A DNA stretch of 64,000 bases. Origin: Heterodontus francisci (lineage: Eukaryota). Under the pieces are notes generated by a model. It made no database searches. It saw nothing but the letters and a program-made list of their open reading frames with translations, and was not told where the DNA came from. The stretch lies in NCBI RefSeq assembly GCF_036365525.1, contig NC_090418.1, positions 10,788,856 to 10,852,855 of the forward strand, given 5' to 3'. Both the position numbers and the translations under genes were made by a program. This document shows positions 1 through 12,884 of this stretch, piece after piece. How positions within the stretch are numbered: position 1 is the first letter of the stretch; each line of letters begins with the position of its first letter.

Positions 1-887
1 TGTAACAAGGGTTTAATTTTAAACACACTGTGTTTTGAGCTCCCCCTTTGGTGAATCCTTGTTCACCACTTTCCAATTATAAGGCAAAGAAATGAGCATA
101 AACAGGCTTTCTTAGGTTTAAAGAAGAAAAGCGAAATTTATTAAAACCTAAACTTAAACTCTAATTCGGTTAGCGACTACTGATACAAGGCGCGCCCCAC
201 ACTGGCATGCATAAGTGGTACGCACATGCAAATAGAGACAGAAAAGAGCAGAAGAAAAATAAAGTGGAGAGGTTTGAGGCAATATCAGAAGAATTTCTTG
301 TTCCTGTGCTTCGAGCTCACTGTAGTCCTTTTTATAGGTAGTTCTTGCTTGTTGGTAATTCTTGCTTTTCATTGGGGCCCAGTATTCTTCTTAAACCTTG
401 TTCACTGTAGGAGACTTTTCTCTCTTGGGGTTCCTGTGTCTTCAATGGATTCCAAAGCTGGTGAGAAAGAGATGAGCAAACAGGAGCGAGGTCTTTTCAA
501 TCCAGGAGCAAGCAGCTTTCTGAGTTCAAATTCTCTGTGGCAAGTTCAAATTCAAAAAACTCCAAAAGCCAGTTAGTCATGTGACCAAACTGGTCTGACC
601 ACGTCTGTTTGTGTATTCGGCCATCTTAGCAGTTAACATGGAATGCTAACCTCTCCACCTTCAACGTCTGGTAATCAAAAGTCCATTATGGATTAAATTG
701 AAGCAGGGAGTGGCCCCTTTTTGACTTTTCCAATTACAGTCTGTTACTATGCAAATGTCTGTCCAGTCAAGGGTCTGGTGGTTTTTTCTTAAACCAATTC
801 TTTCTTTACTCCACTAACAGTTTAAAAATCAATGTGCATGTGGTGAAATATGTGTCTCATTCTTGGCAGGTGGGGGTCTGCATGACA
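1..887 (-). mobile_element. 3' LTR of a Gypsy retrotransposon
   Basis: Bounded by TGT...ACA (tgtaac at 1, catgaca at 881-887). On the minus strand it is preceded by a purine-rich tract (GGGTGTGGAGG|TGTCATG) and lies downstream of the gag-pol remnant. Confidence 0.6.
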
Positions 888-3505
888 CCTCCACACCCAG
901 GGGAATGAAATGTGATTTGAATAAAAACGGCACATTTCATTGAAAGGTTTGAGAGAAATATAAGATACAGAAAGAAAAACCATGCATTTCTCTCATTCAC
1001 TTCCATTCATTCATCAATCTTAAAGCCGATTAGAATTGTCTTTTCTAGGTGCCAATGTTTCCTTTAACCTGCCCTCTTGGTCACTTTTTCCCCTTCTCTT
1101 TCCACACTTTTGCCAACCGTGTGCCTGCCTGTCCCCTTTTGTTCTCGGCGGGGGTCCCTTACAGTTCACCAGCCCTCTGCTGGAGGGTCCTCCTAACACT
1201 GGTACGGGACTTAGGGGTGCAGGTTTCACTGCAGATTGCTATTTCCCCTCAACCTGGCACGTGACAACTCCTGCAGTACTCCACCACATCTTTGTGGAGT
1301 TCTGGCCAGTCAAACTGTTGTCTTATGCGGGCTTTGGTCTTTCGTATACCAGATGTACAGCCACGGTAGTCTCTTGGGCCCTTCTTAATATTGCTCCCCG
1401 GTACCTCTGCAGCACCACTAACTGGTGGACTACGGTCCACTCCTTGCCCTCAGATCTGTGAGGAGAACTCAATTTCCTCACCATTACCTCATTCTTTAAA
1501 TAGTAGCAATCAGGGACTCCCTCTGCTTCATTTTCAGACTGGGCAGTCTGTGCTAACTCTCGCAATACTGTTTTGGCACGCTAAGTCTCAGCTGGGGAAA
1601 ATCCATTTAATTCATTCCCTGGGTCTCCTAACTTTCCAAAGAAAGTCTCGGACAGGCAGGCCTGGTCATCTGCCTGCAGCGCCAATGCAGTCTCCTCTGG
1701 GGGAGCTGGTTTGATCATGGCCTGACCCACTACACATTCAGGGAAACTGCAGGAGACCGTCTTCTGCCACCGCCCTGTCTCTCTGACCTCCTGCGGTCAT
1801 TCTTTCACTACTGGGGGCGCTACCACCTTTGCTCCCTCCAGATTACCTCGGAGCAGGTCAACCCTGTCCCCAGGCAAACTAGAGACAATCCCTATGGTCA
1901 CTGGTCCCGAAACCAGGTCGCACTCCAGGTGTACCCAGTGTACAGGTACAGGTATACACGGCCCTCCAATACCACTCACCACCATTGTGGTGTTCACTGC
2001 ACTCTCTGGGGGAAAGGTCAGGCCTTTTCCCATGAAAAGGGATCTAGAGGCTCCTGTATCCCTGAGAATCACTATGGGCTTGCTTGCTCCACTCGAGGGG
2101 TATGGGGTTACTTCCCCTTCAGACATAAAACCCTGATAACCTTCAGGAATCTTATTACCTTTTCTTGCACTGGCCGCAGTAAGCTTCCTGGGTTGCACTC
2201 GTAATGCAGTTACAGCTTGTTCTGTGCCTTCCATCAGGATTCTGTCTTCACTGAGCGGGTGTGCCCTGTTTAACTCTACTGGTTTTCCCTTTAGTTTCCA
2301 GCAGTTAGCTTTAAAATGCCCTGCTTTATTACAATGGAAGCATGCAGGTCCTCTTGCTCATAGCACCTTCCTTTTTGGCTAGAGGAGGACCCCCCAACCC
2401 CCAGACCTGCCCGTGTCTCCTGCTTTCCTTTCTCTCCCAGCACTGCCTGGGCAGATATCACCTTCTCACCCTTCTTCCCTTTCGGATTTGTGGGGGTGAT
2501 TAGGAAAGGTTGTCCCCGGGAAAACCGCCCTAAAAATTAAAGCAAACTCATGGTCCCGAATGGCTCCCTGAACCCACTGCTCTTCTACCTGGGTCTTTAT
2601 TGTGAGTGGGAGAGATATTTGAAATTCCTCTAACAGAACTACTTCTCTGAGAGTCTCATAGCTGAGCTGCATTTTAAGAGCAACCAGCCACTGGTCAAAA
2701 GTCAGCTGCTTACTTCTTTCAAACTCCAGATAAGTTTGATTAACTTGCTTTTTGAGGGCTCTAAACTTTTGGTTGTAGGCTTCGGGTACTAATTCATATG
2801 TTCTGAGGAGAACTCTCATCTGGCAACAAGGAATAAACCTCATGGGCTTTTCCAGTTAGCTTGCTTTGTATTAAGAGAGACCAGGTCGCAGCTGGCCATT
2901 TTAGCTGCCTTGCCAGTTTCTCAAAAGACACAAAAAACGTTTCCAATCTTCCTCATTGAATTTTGGAATGAGTTGGGCGAGTTTTAACAATTTCGTACCC
3001 AGCTCTGAATTATGCTCCTGCATATTGACCATGCTTTCACTGGGGTTACTCTGTCACCCCCTAGTTAACTCAAGCCACTTCAGCTCTCTTTCTTTGGATT
3101 CTTTCAGGCATATTCTTTCTCTGTCTCCCTCTCTCTCTCTTTCCTTCTGCTGCCTTTCTTTCTCTCTCTCTTCTCTCTCTATTTCTTCCCTTTCCTTCTG
3201 GAAGGCTCTCTCTTTCTCCCTCTCCTGTCTCTCTCTCTCTATCTGTCTTTCCCTGTCTTCTCATTCAAGTTTCCTTTGATCCAATTGTATCTTTTCTAGC
3301 AGTACCCTGTCTGGGTCTGCTTCTAACACTGCTTCTGCTTCTTCAGATTCAAGGGGAAAATGGTCGGCCACTAGCCTTAGGAGTTCAGACTTCCGAGCCT
3401 TGCCACGTACAGTGATCCCACACTGCTCAGCTATTTTCCTCAACTCCTCCATAGACATAAGAAGGGGGTGGGACCCATCATGCTCTGAAATTATTGAATT
3501 CAATG
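888..3505 (-). mobile_element. Decayed Gmr1-like Gypsy internal region: gag (coiled coil, SCAN-like domain, CCHC knuckle), aspartic protease, integrase zinc-binding domain
   Basis: Minus-strand fragments: YELVPEAYNQKFR...LREVVLLEEF (SCAN-like, 2466-2843); CFHCNKAGHFKANC at about 2298-2342; ILRDTGASRS protease (1797-2234); GIRKTKARIRQQFDWPELHKDVVEYCRSCH integrase Zn domain (1249-1440). Frameshifted, no RT seen. Confidence 0.85.
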
Positions 3506-3599
3506 TTCAGTCCGGCAGGCTGCAGTGTCTAATCGGTAAATGAGATGCTGTTCGTCGAGCTTGCGTTGATGTTCACTGGAATCCCAGGACAGAGATGTG

Positions 3600-4170
3600 A
3601 GCACGAGAGCTTATAATATTCATTATCAGCCCACTGACTCCCACAGCTACCTCGACTACACTTCACATCCTGCCTCCTGTAAGGACTCCATTCCATTCTC
3701 CCAGTTTCTCCGTCTCAGACGCATCTGCTCTGATGATGCTACCTTCCACGACAGTGCTTCTGATATGTCTTCCTTTTCCCTCAACTGAGGATTCCCCTTC
3801 ACTGTGGTTGACAGGGCCCTCAACTGTGTCCGGCCCATTTCCCGTACCTCTACCCTCACCCCTTCCCTCCCTCCCAGAACCGCGACAGGGTTCCCCTTGT
3901 CCTCACTTTCCACCCCACCAGCCTCCAGATCAAAGGATCATCCTCCGCCACTTCCGCCACATCCAGTGTGATGCCACAACCAAACGTATCTTCCCCTCCC
4001 TTCCCCTGTCAGCATTCCGAAGGGATCGTTCCCTCCGTGACACCCTGGTCCACTCCTCCATTACCCCCCACCACCTCGTCCCCGTCCCACGTCACCTTCC
4101 CCTGCAATCGCAGGAGGTGTAATACCTGCCCATTTACCCCCTCTCTCCTCACTATCCAAGGCCCCAAACA
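3600..4170 (+). mobile_element. Penelope-like element fragment (RT C-terminus and linker to GIY-YIG)
   Basis: HYQPTDSHSYLDYTSHPASCKDSIPFSQFLRLRRICS, AFRRDRSLRDTLVHS and PCNRRRCNTCPF are typical of Penelope-like ORFs. Frameshifted. Confidence 0.8.
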
Positions 4171-4506
4171 TTGAGAAAATTGAATGAAAACGTGGGAGGC
4201 TGGAGTGGGACTAATTGGAGAGCCGGCACAGGCTTGATGGGTAGAATGGCCTCCTGTGCTGTTGGATTCTAGAATGTTCTCTCCGCACTCTGGATTTGCT
4301 TTTCTTTAAAACCAAATGGCAAAAGATCTGCAGATGATGGAAATCTGAAGCAAAGTCTTAGAAGTTTGGAGTGTTTCAGGTGAAACACCAATGTAAACCC
4401 ATAGCATCAGGCAGAAAGAACAGGTCAGTCGCTCTGCTTTATACACTTGTGCTTCTGATACATGGACACCAGTGGGAATCCTCCCTGTCTTCCTCTCTAT
4501 TTCCAG

Positions 4507-6318
4507 GTCGCTCTGGTTTCTGCTCACATCGTGGATGATGGACAGACAGCTGCAATGGAAGCATTAAATGTTCATCCTTCAGAAAGGGGCAAAGGAATTG
4601 GACGGCTGATTCACAAACACATTCTCGAGTGTGTAAGAGCGAGGTACCCGGAGGTGAAAAACCAGAGCGGTGTCACAGGGCAAGACATTTTCAAGGGATT
4701 TCATCCACGAGGCAAACAGGTGCGATTAACATGCAGCTAAACTCTCACATAGGTTTGCATTGATTAGCATAATGATTTCACCCGGAATATTTTAACAAGC
4801 CCCAGTAATAAACAAATTCTGTTATACTGGAAAATAGTTTCAGACAGAAAAGGCTCGTCAGAAATGCATATTTTACAAGAAGGAGATAGTGAGAGATTCT
4901 CTGAATATTTTTACTATTAAACATTCCACTGGTGAATAATATAGAATCATCGAATGATAACAGCACACAAGGAGGCCATTCAGCCCATCATGTCCGTGCA
5001 GGCTCTCTGCAAGAACAATTTAGTCAGTCCCACTCTCCCCTCCCTTTCCTCGTAGCCCTGCTGATATTTCCTCCATCACCCTCTCAGCTTCTGAATTCCA
5101 GATCGTAACCACTCGCTGTGTAAATAAAATAATTCCTCATGTTGCCTTTGGTTCTTTTGCCATTCACTTTAAATCATTGTCCTCTCGTTCTTGACCCCTC
5201 TGCCAATGGGAACAGTTTCTCCCAATCTACTCTGTCTAGATCCCTCATCATTTTGAACACCTCTATCAAATCTCCTCTCAACCTTCTCTTCTCGGAGGAG
5301 AACAGCCCCAGCTTCTCCAATCTATCCACGTAACTGAAGTTCCTCATCCCTGGAACCATTCTCGTGAATCTATTCTGCATCCTCTCTAAAGCCTTCACAT
5401 CCTTCCTAAATGTAGTGTCCAGAATTGGACACAATACTCCAGTTGAGGCCAAACTAATGTTTTTATAAGGATCCTTCATAACTTCCTTGTCTTTCGACTC
5501 AATGCTTCTATTTATAAAGCCCAGGATCCCATGTGCCTTATTACCCACTTTCAATGCTTTGTGTACACATAGCCCCCTGGTCCCTCTGTTCCGGAAGCCC
5601 CTTTAGAATTGTACCCTTTATTTTGTATTGCCTCTCCTCGTGCTCCTGACCAAAATGTATCACTTTGCATTAAATTTCATGTATTTAATATTTAATCCTC
5701 ATCTCACATTTCATCACTAACCCTTTCCCCGATATCTTTTGTTTCCAGTCCTTGATTTCTCTTCGATTTCCATCAATAAATGTTCCCACTTTGAAGAGTG
5801 AGCTGATCAGTAACATGAAGAAAAGTGGGGCTGAATATTGGGAACCGATCTCCCTGCAACCAGATGAAGTGAGGTCGGTATTCCTGAACAGAACCGTAAT
5901 TGACACAGTGCTGCCGGGCAGGAGAATCGTTCACAGAGGAGGCGTATTCAAACCACTGGAGAGCAACCTGGATATTTTACTGAAGCGGGATATCAGCTGG
6001 ATAGCAGATAGAAAGGAGAACACACGTGCTGTGAGTTTGGGCACAGCTCCCTACAGAGATCCAATGGGAAACTATGTTTACAGAATAGACATGTTTGGGA
6101 AAGATTTATCAGCTGTGAAAAGTGTCTTCCTCTCTCAGCTGCAAAACCTGCCTCCTTTACAAGGCAATGTAATCTGCCTACTGTCTGTAAATCCATCGCT
6201 GTCCCCCCAGATGTGGGAATTCTGTACCAAGGAACTGGGGCTTCAGAAAGGGAAACAATATTGGAAAGATGACTTTATAGTAGAGGGGAATCTGTCCCAA
6301 ATTATGGCAAGATTATAA
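4507..6318 (+). CDS. NAT16/histidine N-acetyltransferase-like GNAT gene, last two coding exons (4507-4719, 5749-6318); 5' exon(s) not in window
   Basis: VALVSAHIVDDGQTAAMEALNVHPSERGKGIG carries the GNAT acetyl-CoA motif RGKG.G and resembles NAT16. Canonical ttccag| and |gtgcga / ttccag| splice sites join in phase 0. Last exon is open to TAA; AATAAA at about 6585. Confidence 0.75.
4945..5685 (-). mobile_element. CR1 LINE 3' fragment in the NAT16-like intron
   Basis: ORF 5174-5554: KDVKALERMQNRFTRMVPGMRNFSYVDRLEKLGLFS..RRLRGDLIEVFK, followed by CR1 3' UTR. Confidence 0.9.
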
Positions 6319-6739
6319 TCAGACCAAACATAGACTCCGACTGACTTTCCCTCCTTCCCCAATATTTTGGAATCTAGACAATGGTAGCATTGACTGATTT
6401 GACCCCATAATCTCAAAGCTCGGAGACTCCTTATCTCCCAGAGTCGTTCTGACCTCTGACAATCATCAGGTTTTAAAACCCACTTTGGTTACTCTAATTA
6501 CCACTGCCAGATTGAAACTCTCTTCCCCTTTTTATTATTTCTCCATGTTGTGGGAATTGTGTTTCATCCTCAATTCTCATCTAAAATAAAGTGAGGTGAG
6601 ATTGTAAGTCCATGAGAGCAGAAACTACAGCTCCAAAAGTTGACAAGGGGGCTTTGGGACACGGAGTGCGGTCACTGCTCCTTTCCACATCCCACTTTAT
6701 CATCTCTAACTTTGGAGTCCCAAATCCGCACGGTTCAAG

Positions 6740-6925
6740 TTTTTTCATTCTTTCATGGGATGTGGGCGTCACTGACAAGGCCAGCATTTGTTGCCCTTGA
6801 ACTGAGTGTCTTGCCAGGCCATTTCAGAGGGCAGTTTAAGAGTTGACCGCATTGCTGTGTGTCTGGAGTCACATGTAGGCCAGACCGGGTAAGGATGGCG
6901 GATTTCCTTCCCCAATGACATTAAC
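6740..6925 (-). mobile_element. 5'-truncated SINE; body matches 19740-19870 and tail matches the LINE 3' end at 34105-34180
   Basis: Shares ggaaggaaatc.gcc.tccttacc.ggtctggcctacatgtgactccagac with 19740-19870 and aaatgctggcc...cccacatcccatga with 34130-34170. Confidence 0.7.
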
Positions 6926-8164
6926 CACCTCCTCCACCGTCTCCCCTATGAGTGGTGACATTATGTACGGAGGAGAAGCAGTCAGATGTCTCTTCAGCTC
7001 CTGAGACACTGAGGAGCACACGTTCAGTTTGATTAACATATTAAGTTGTGAAAACCGGTCTTTCATTGCTGCCACGGTGAAATTCTGGTTGCTGTGAATT
7101 GCGTGAGAGTCTCTTATTCTGGGACGTGAGATTGTCAGAGAAATAATTGGCATTTTGGAATTGTGTATATGGAGTTTGAGATTATGTACACAATTTGCAT
7201 CCTTGTAACCTTTGTGTTATTAATACTGTATCCAGATATACCTACAGCTGTAAGGTGCATCTTATTCTCATCAATCTCTAATTGTGGAGTGTGGTTATTT
7301 ACAATTCAGTCAATACAAAGTGATCACAGACCAACATACTTTAAAATTGCACCCTAAGAACCCGAGTCTGCAGCCACCCAACATCAACCCTCATCGTGTT
7401 GCTATTTGGAGGAAGGAGATGCAGAAAAGTGTAAGGTTTTAGCAACTCGTTGTGGACAAGAAGCATCACACGGCTGAAATTGGGAACGTTCACACAGTGT
7501 TGGATCAGATTGGACATGGGAGCTGTTGGGAGTCACTGCGCAGATGGAGCCCGACAGCTACTGGGGCGACAGACACAATGATCCACCCAGTTCTTACACT
7601 GTCGGGAATTTTGATTCACTATGGGTGGCGAGTTTGTAAATAAGGACTACACTGGGCAAAACTGTTCAACAGGCAGAATTGACTGCACAAATATTCACCA
7701 AATAAGGACAGAGAGAAGAGACTGGTGGACATAGGAATGGCAGTTCCTTGATTTAGTATAAGATTATGATAGATTCTAGATTGTGATGTGACTTGAGTTC
7801 ACATATTGAATAGGAGCTCATTAAAGATTTATGTCCACATTTTGGAATCATCGTGTGATGTATCACTAAAGACCTTATTCTTCATTTAAACTAATGCCTG
7901 TGTACACATGTCTAAAGTAACAAAGCAAAATTAGACAAAGACAGCAGGTGCAGAAAAACCCCAACTTCCTGTCTGCATTCCACCCCACCCGGCACTCTAC
8001 CCAGCCTGGGACTGAGGATGGTGCTGTTACTCATCCCTGGAGCAATGCCACAGGAGATTCCCCCAACCCCTGCTTGGTAGCAGACACCAAAAATCAGGAG
8101 TTGGAGCCAGAAACTGAAATCTTTCTCAATGCAGGTACATAGGCCACATGATGTTTACACTTCA

Positions 8165-8325
8165 ACCCTGTGCTGTACTTGTCCTGGAGTGTTTGATGGG
8201 GACAGTGTAGAGGGAGCTTTACTCTGCATCTAACCCAGTGTTGTACCTGTCCAGGGAGTATTCAATATTGGGGGCAGGGGGGTGGTGGGAATGGAGAGAG
8301 AGTGTAGAGAGAACTTTACATCTAA
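8165..8325 (+). repeat. Degenerate copies of the 69-bp satellite
   Basis: gtgtttgatggggacagtgtagagggagctttactctgcatctaaccc, about 2 units. Confidence 0.8.
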
Positions 8326-8429
8326 GTGCAAAAAGAAAATAAGTCACTCGATGGTTTCAATTGCATTCAGCCACATTTGCCAATTACTTCCCCTCTAGTC
8401 CACACCTAACTTGTGAAAATATCCCCCCC

Positions 8430-8815
8430 TCCACCAGCTGCGCTTTCCCTTAGCCCTGAACTTGTACCTGTATCTTGCCTGATTTTACTATCTATCCAGT
8501 CCCAGCCAGAGTAGCTGCAGTAGCTTCTCTTCCCAGTCCAGAACCATTACCTCTAGTTTGCCCCAAGAATCTATACTTGGCCCCTTTTATTTCTTACCTG
8601 CATGCTTCCCTTGGTGATATCATCTGAAAACAGTCAGTTTCACATACACTGACATCAGCCAGTTCTACCTCACTACCACTCAGCCCCTCCACTATCTCTA
8701 AATTATTAGACGGCTTAGTTGACACAGGGCTGCACGAGTAGACATTTCCTCCCATTTAATACAAGTAGTAACATCAGTCCTGGCCAAGACAACTCCATCT
8801 TACTCGCTGGCAACA
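8430..8815 (+). mobile_element. Old L2-like LINE RT fragment (paralogous to 23300-24130 and 54607-55020)
   Basis: Degenerate GVPQGSILGP and FHMYADDTQLY coding traces at the same position downstream of ZP3 copies 1, 2 and 5. Confidence 0.55.
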
Positions 8816-9661
8816 GTGGCTGAACTTGACTTACAATACAATCTACTAGAAAACAATTATTTCTTCCTTGTACAAAGTGTTCAGACCAGTCAGTAAGACA
8901 ACTTCCATCAAGTTCACCCAACTTTAACTCCATTAGTTTTTGGACAATGGTCTCCCAACTGGGAAGTTTAACCTGAAGCCTTTTGGGACTCAGTGGTCAC
9001 TCAGCACGATGGAGTAACTTGGGAACCAGAGTTGGCGGTTTTGGCCCCTGATTTGCATATTCAGTTGGACAATGGAATCAAAAATATGATTTGCAAGGCC
9101 AATTGACAGTTTAGTCCCATCTACCTAACCCAAATTGGCCTGGAGATCAGCAATTTGAACTGAAATTAGCTATTCCCACAATGGTCAACAGGCTGTTAAG
9201 TGAAAATTTAATCAAATCAATTTAACAAAATGCAGCTAAATAAATCAATGTATAATGTCTGATCCACCCATTGGTTGTGCTCCCTCTCTGGGAGGAGCAT
9301 AGCCAATTAGAAGGAAGCAGCCAGAGTAAACCCCAACTGGCCAAATTTAGGAGCAGTTCCACAGGAGGAATAGACCTGTTCACATCTCTCCTCTGCAGGA
9401 GACAATAAAAGGAGCCTGGGATTGAAATGCAGGAAGCAATTCAGCAGCAACCTCCTCAAATAAATAGAGAAGCTTCACTGTATTTCTTGTTCAACCTACT
9501 CAAGTGAAACTCCCTCTGCCAGGAGTGATTCCAGAGGTCAAGTTCTGGGCTTAGGTTAATCCCAGTCATTAGATATATGGACCCATTTAACTAACAGGCT
9601 CCAGTGGTCAATGAACTACCACACAAGATACAAGTAATCACTTTTATTGATCATTTGATAA

Positions 9662-12504
9662 CTAGTTGATCAGAGTTTGCTTGTGATTCCTGTACAGGAA
9701 CAAGGCGATCAATGAAGCAGAGATCAGACAGACAGCTGTCACAGTCAGGGCCACAATCAGGACCACCTCAGACTTCACACCTACAAAGCAATGAAAAACC
9801 AATGGTTAGTGAAGGAAACACTGAAGGGAAAATGGAAAGTAGCAGTCAGCCAACTCACCACCTGGAGACCTCTCCTGCAGCCTTCGCTCAACTTCATTCA
9901 AGGACTCAGTTGCCATGTCAGTCACCTCAGTATCCAGAATGACCAGGGGTCCAAGTGAGGCCTCACCCTCCCACTTCAATCCAGCTTCACTCTCTGCAAT
10001 ATCAAACATGCCAGTTAGAGGGGGTAAAGGGAGACCTCCCACATCTAGAATATCAATGTCCTACCAGCTTCAGGTACAAGATCCCTCCTTCCTCTGGAAG
10101 GAAATCGAAACTCCCTTGTGGCACCACAGTTACCCACATGGCAACAGGCACAAATGTCATTGTTGGATTGCTCCAATGGGGTCCAGCTAAACAAGAGAAA
10201 GTTGTTCAACCAGGTTGTCCATCACCTTTCCAGACAACATCCCTCAGGAGAGAAAGGGAACTTACACATTCTGCATCTTCTGGAAAGTACAAGCTTTGTT
10301 CATGGAATCTCTCCGATCCACTGGAGCAACTTTCAGGTGACAGGTGATGAAAATCTGAAGGATAAATTTCAACACAAGTCATTTAGTGACTCCCTCCCAA
10401 TGTGGAGACCCCAATGATCAGATTCCTCTTACCAAGGAACGGTCATCTCCAAAGAAGCGGAAAGAATCCAGGTCAAACCGGAGCTTGTCCAGCTCACGCT
10501 CGTCTCTTGGCAACACGAAGGTAGAAAAGGAGTCCTCAGCTTTGCTGTCCAGGAGGCAACTGGAGAAAGATTCAAAGAGGGACATGAAGTGAATCAAGTG
10601 AAGCCATTGAGATGGGAGCAGCTGGAGAAAGCAGAGAGCTCCTTACCCATTGTAGTCAATGATGCTGTATCTCGGGGTGGAATCCTTGTCTGGGCTCAAT
10701 GTAGCTACACAGCGGTCAATGTAGAGCTTCAGGGGCATGTGGTTGGTTATTGAAACAGAGGCCTCAATGTGAATGAGGTCACCCAGGTAGTAGACAGTCG
10801 AGGTGCGCTCTGTAAGCCAGTCATCTGAAGTACAAGAGGACAAGGGTTGGAGACAGTGGGTACAACTCCCAGTGGGTGAGTACAGGAAATCACTCCCCAT
10901 CCACCCATCACATACCATTCATTAGGCGCAGTGAGAATGACAGATGCCCTTCTCCAGACTTGGTGGAGCTGAATGGGATCCAGGTGGGCTTGATGGGGTT
11001 ACTGCTCACATTGCCCTTCCTGGAAGGAAGAGAGTGTCATTTTAGGACAAATTGAGAAAACCCATCTCCAGATCATATCTACAATCAGGTAAATATTCTC
11101 ACCTAAAATAATGACACTCAATGGGAATGACAGCTCCATTTGTTCTCACAATGACAGATCCATGATACTGGGGGGTGTGGTTCAGGTGGGTGGTGTAGAC
11201 CAAGAAATCTCCAGCCATCTGAAAGAAATCAGGTAAAAGGAATGACAATCTGGTCTGAAATGGAGATTATGCTCAGTTCAAAATAAAATTTGGAGAGATT
11301 GCATTTCTACAGGGAATGAAAAGCTAGATGCTGGGATACCATTTCCCCCAGCTGGAGTATCCAGACCTAGGGCCACTTTCAGGCAAAGGGTCAGGCATTT
11401 AGGTCAGAGCAAAGAAATGTCTAGAGAATTATAAAGCATTTGGATTATTCCAACTAAGTCAGATCTACTTAATGATATTCAAGACAGGCAAGATTTGGGG
11501 CACGAGAGGAATCGAGGCACACAAGGGTAGAAAGCAGAGTAAACGTAGAAGTTAATCCCCAAAATCACTGAATGGTCAAGCAGACTCCAGTGGTTGAACT
11601 AGACTTTTGTTCATGGGCTAGTGTCAAGTCTCAGTAGAGAGTGTGAAGAGATTGCAACAAGCAAAAAAGTTGATATTTTAACAATGAAAGGAGCCATAAA
11701 TGGACTGTAATTTGCACCCATGTGTTCTGTTCACAGGGAGAGGAAATGTGGGGTCCCCCTTAGTATACTACAGCTCAATTCTTAGTGCTAACTTATAATA
11801 GCAAATAGATTAGATAAAATTGAAGCTTCAAGCTTAACATTCAATCTGTGACCCAAATGAAGGGCAATAAAGGTGAAAATTCACAAATCAAGATGGAGGA
11901 ATACCAATAAAAGTTCAAGGCCAATGGGGTAGATAATCAAAGTTGGGGAGAATAGGAGCTACAAGATTAAGCAAGGCCCACTGGATAATTGAATGCTGCT
12001 TGTGGTTTTATAAAGTAGGAAACAAGCATCAATGGGATTCACCAAGTGTCAGAATGAACAGTGGGGAACAATCACCAAGGTTAGAACAAGAGTCAACATT
12101 ACCTGCAATCTGCTGCCACACTCATGGAGCCCATAGTCAAAGAGGACAGTGTGGTTCTGAGAGTAGATCCTGGTTGGCCGACAACCTGCTGTCCCCAGGG
12201 TCAGGTCAGCAGCTTTAATCAGGTGCCTGGTTCCAAATAAATCCATCTGGACCCTGACCAGCAGGTTCTGCTCTCCACACTGCACCGTCACAGTCTGCAG
12301 TGGAGACACACTTCGACCCTCAGACACACGGAAATGGGAACCAAAGGGAGACCCAGTTGGAGGGACTCTCTGAGGCACAGGGGTGGCTTTTACTATTCTC
12401 CATGGAAACCTCTGGTCTCGAAACTGTTGCCAAGTATCAGAACAACAGACAACTCCAACTAACACCAGCACTGGGAACAAACCCCTCACTGCAAAATCCC
12501 CCAT
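9662..12504 (-). CDS. zp3: ZP3-like copy 1, 9 exons, 463 aa
   Basis: Exons 12504-12103, 11218-11103, 11019-10916, 10824-10647, 10559-10433, 10354-10266, 10186-10065, 9993-9859, 9780-9662. All GT-AG, total 1392 nt in frame. Signal peptide, ZP-N (VQC..AGC..HEC..IEC), ZP-C (DRCVAT, NGCL, ITCHL, KACT, ICACC..NC), RGRR furin site, LGPLVIL hydrophobic patch, TM helix. AATAAA at 9648-9643. Confidence 0.93.
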
Positions 12505-12760
12505 GATACCAAACAACTCAACCATCCCTTCACCCACCAACCAGCTCCTTTTATACACACAACCTGCAGTCACCTGACACCAATGATCCCAGAAGCAGCA
12601 ACATTGAGCCAATTAACCAGCCCCAATCTCCACAATTTACACCCAATGACAGAACTCATGGATTTATTGCCAGGAGGGCCTTTTTTATTCGGACCAATAG
12701 GAGTGACTCTGAATTGGCCCAGTGTCACCTGACAGATGTCAGCTCCAAACTTGCTCATGT
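12505..12760 (-). promoter_or_regulatory. ZP3 copy 1 promoter (type A)
   Basis: TATAAAA at 12555-12549, E-box at 12571-12576, CCAAT boxes at about 12580 and 12609, tandem E-boxes CACCTG-A-CAGATG at 12726-12738. Confidence 0.7.
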
Positions 12761-12884
12761 TGAAGGGAACCATTAATACAATAGTATAATATGCTTTGTT
12801 CATTGATCTATGAGGATGACAGGGGTTATCCCCAGTTTTATCAACAGAGGAATGAAATTACACCTGCCCCCCTCTTCAAAGGAC

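Noticed and set aside
2956-3279. Ser/Leu-rich 107-aa ORF
   Set aside because: Antisense of the Glu/Arg-rich gag coiled coil (a CT-rich low-complexity tract).
9712-10592. Recurrent plus-strand ORFs antisense to ZP3 exons
   Set aside because: These are shadow frames of duplicated coding sequence, and their lengths and stops vary between copies.
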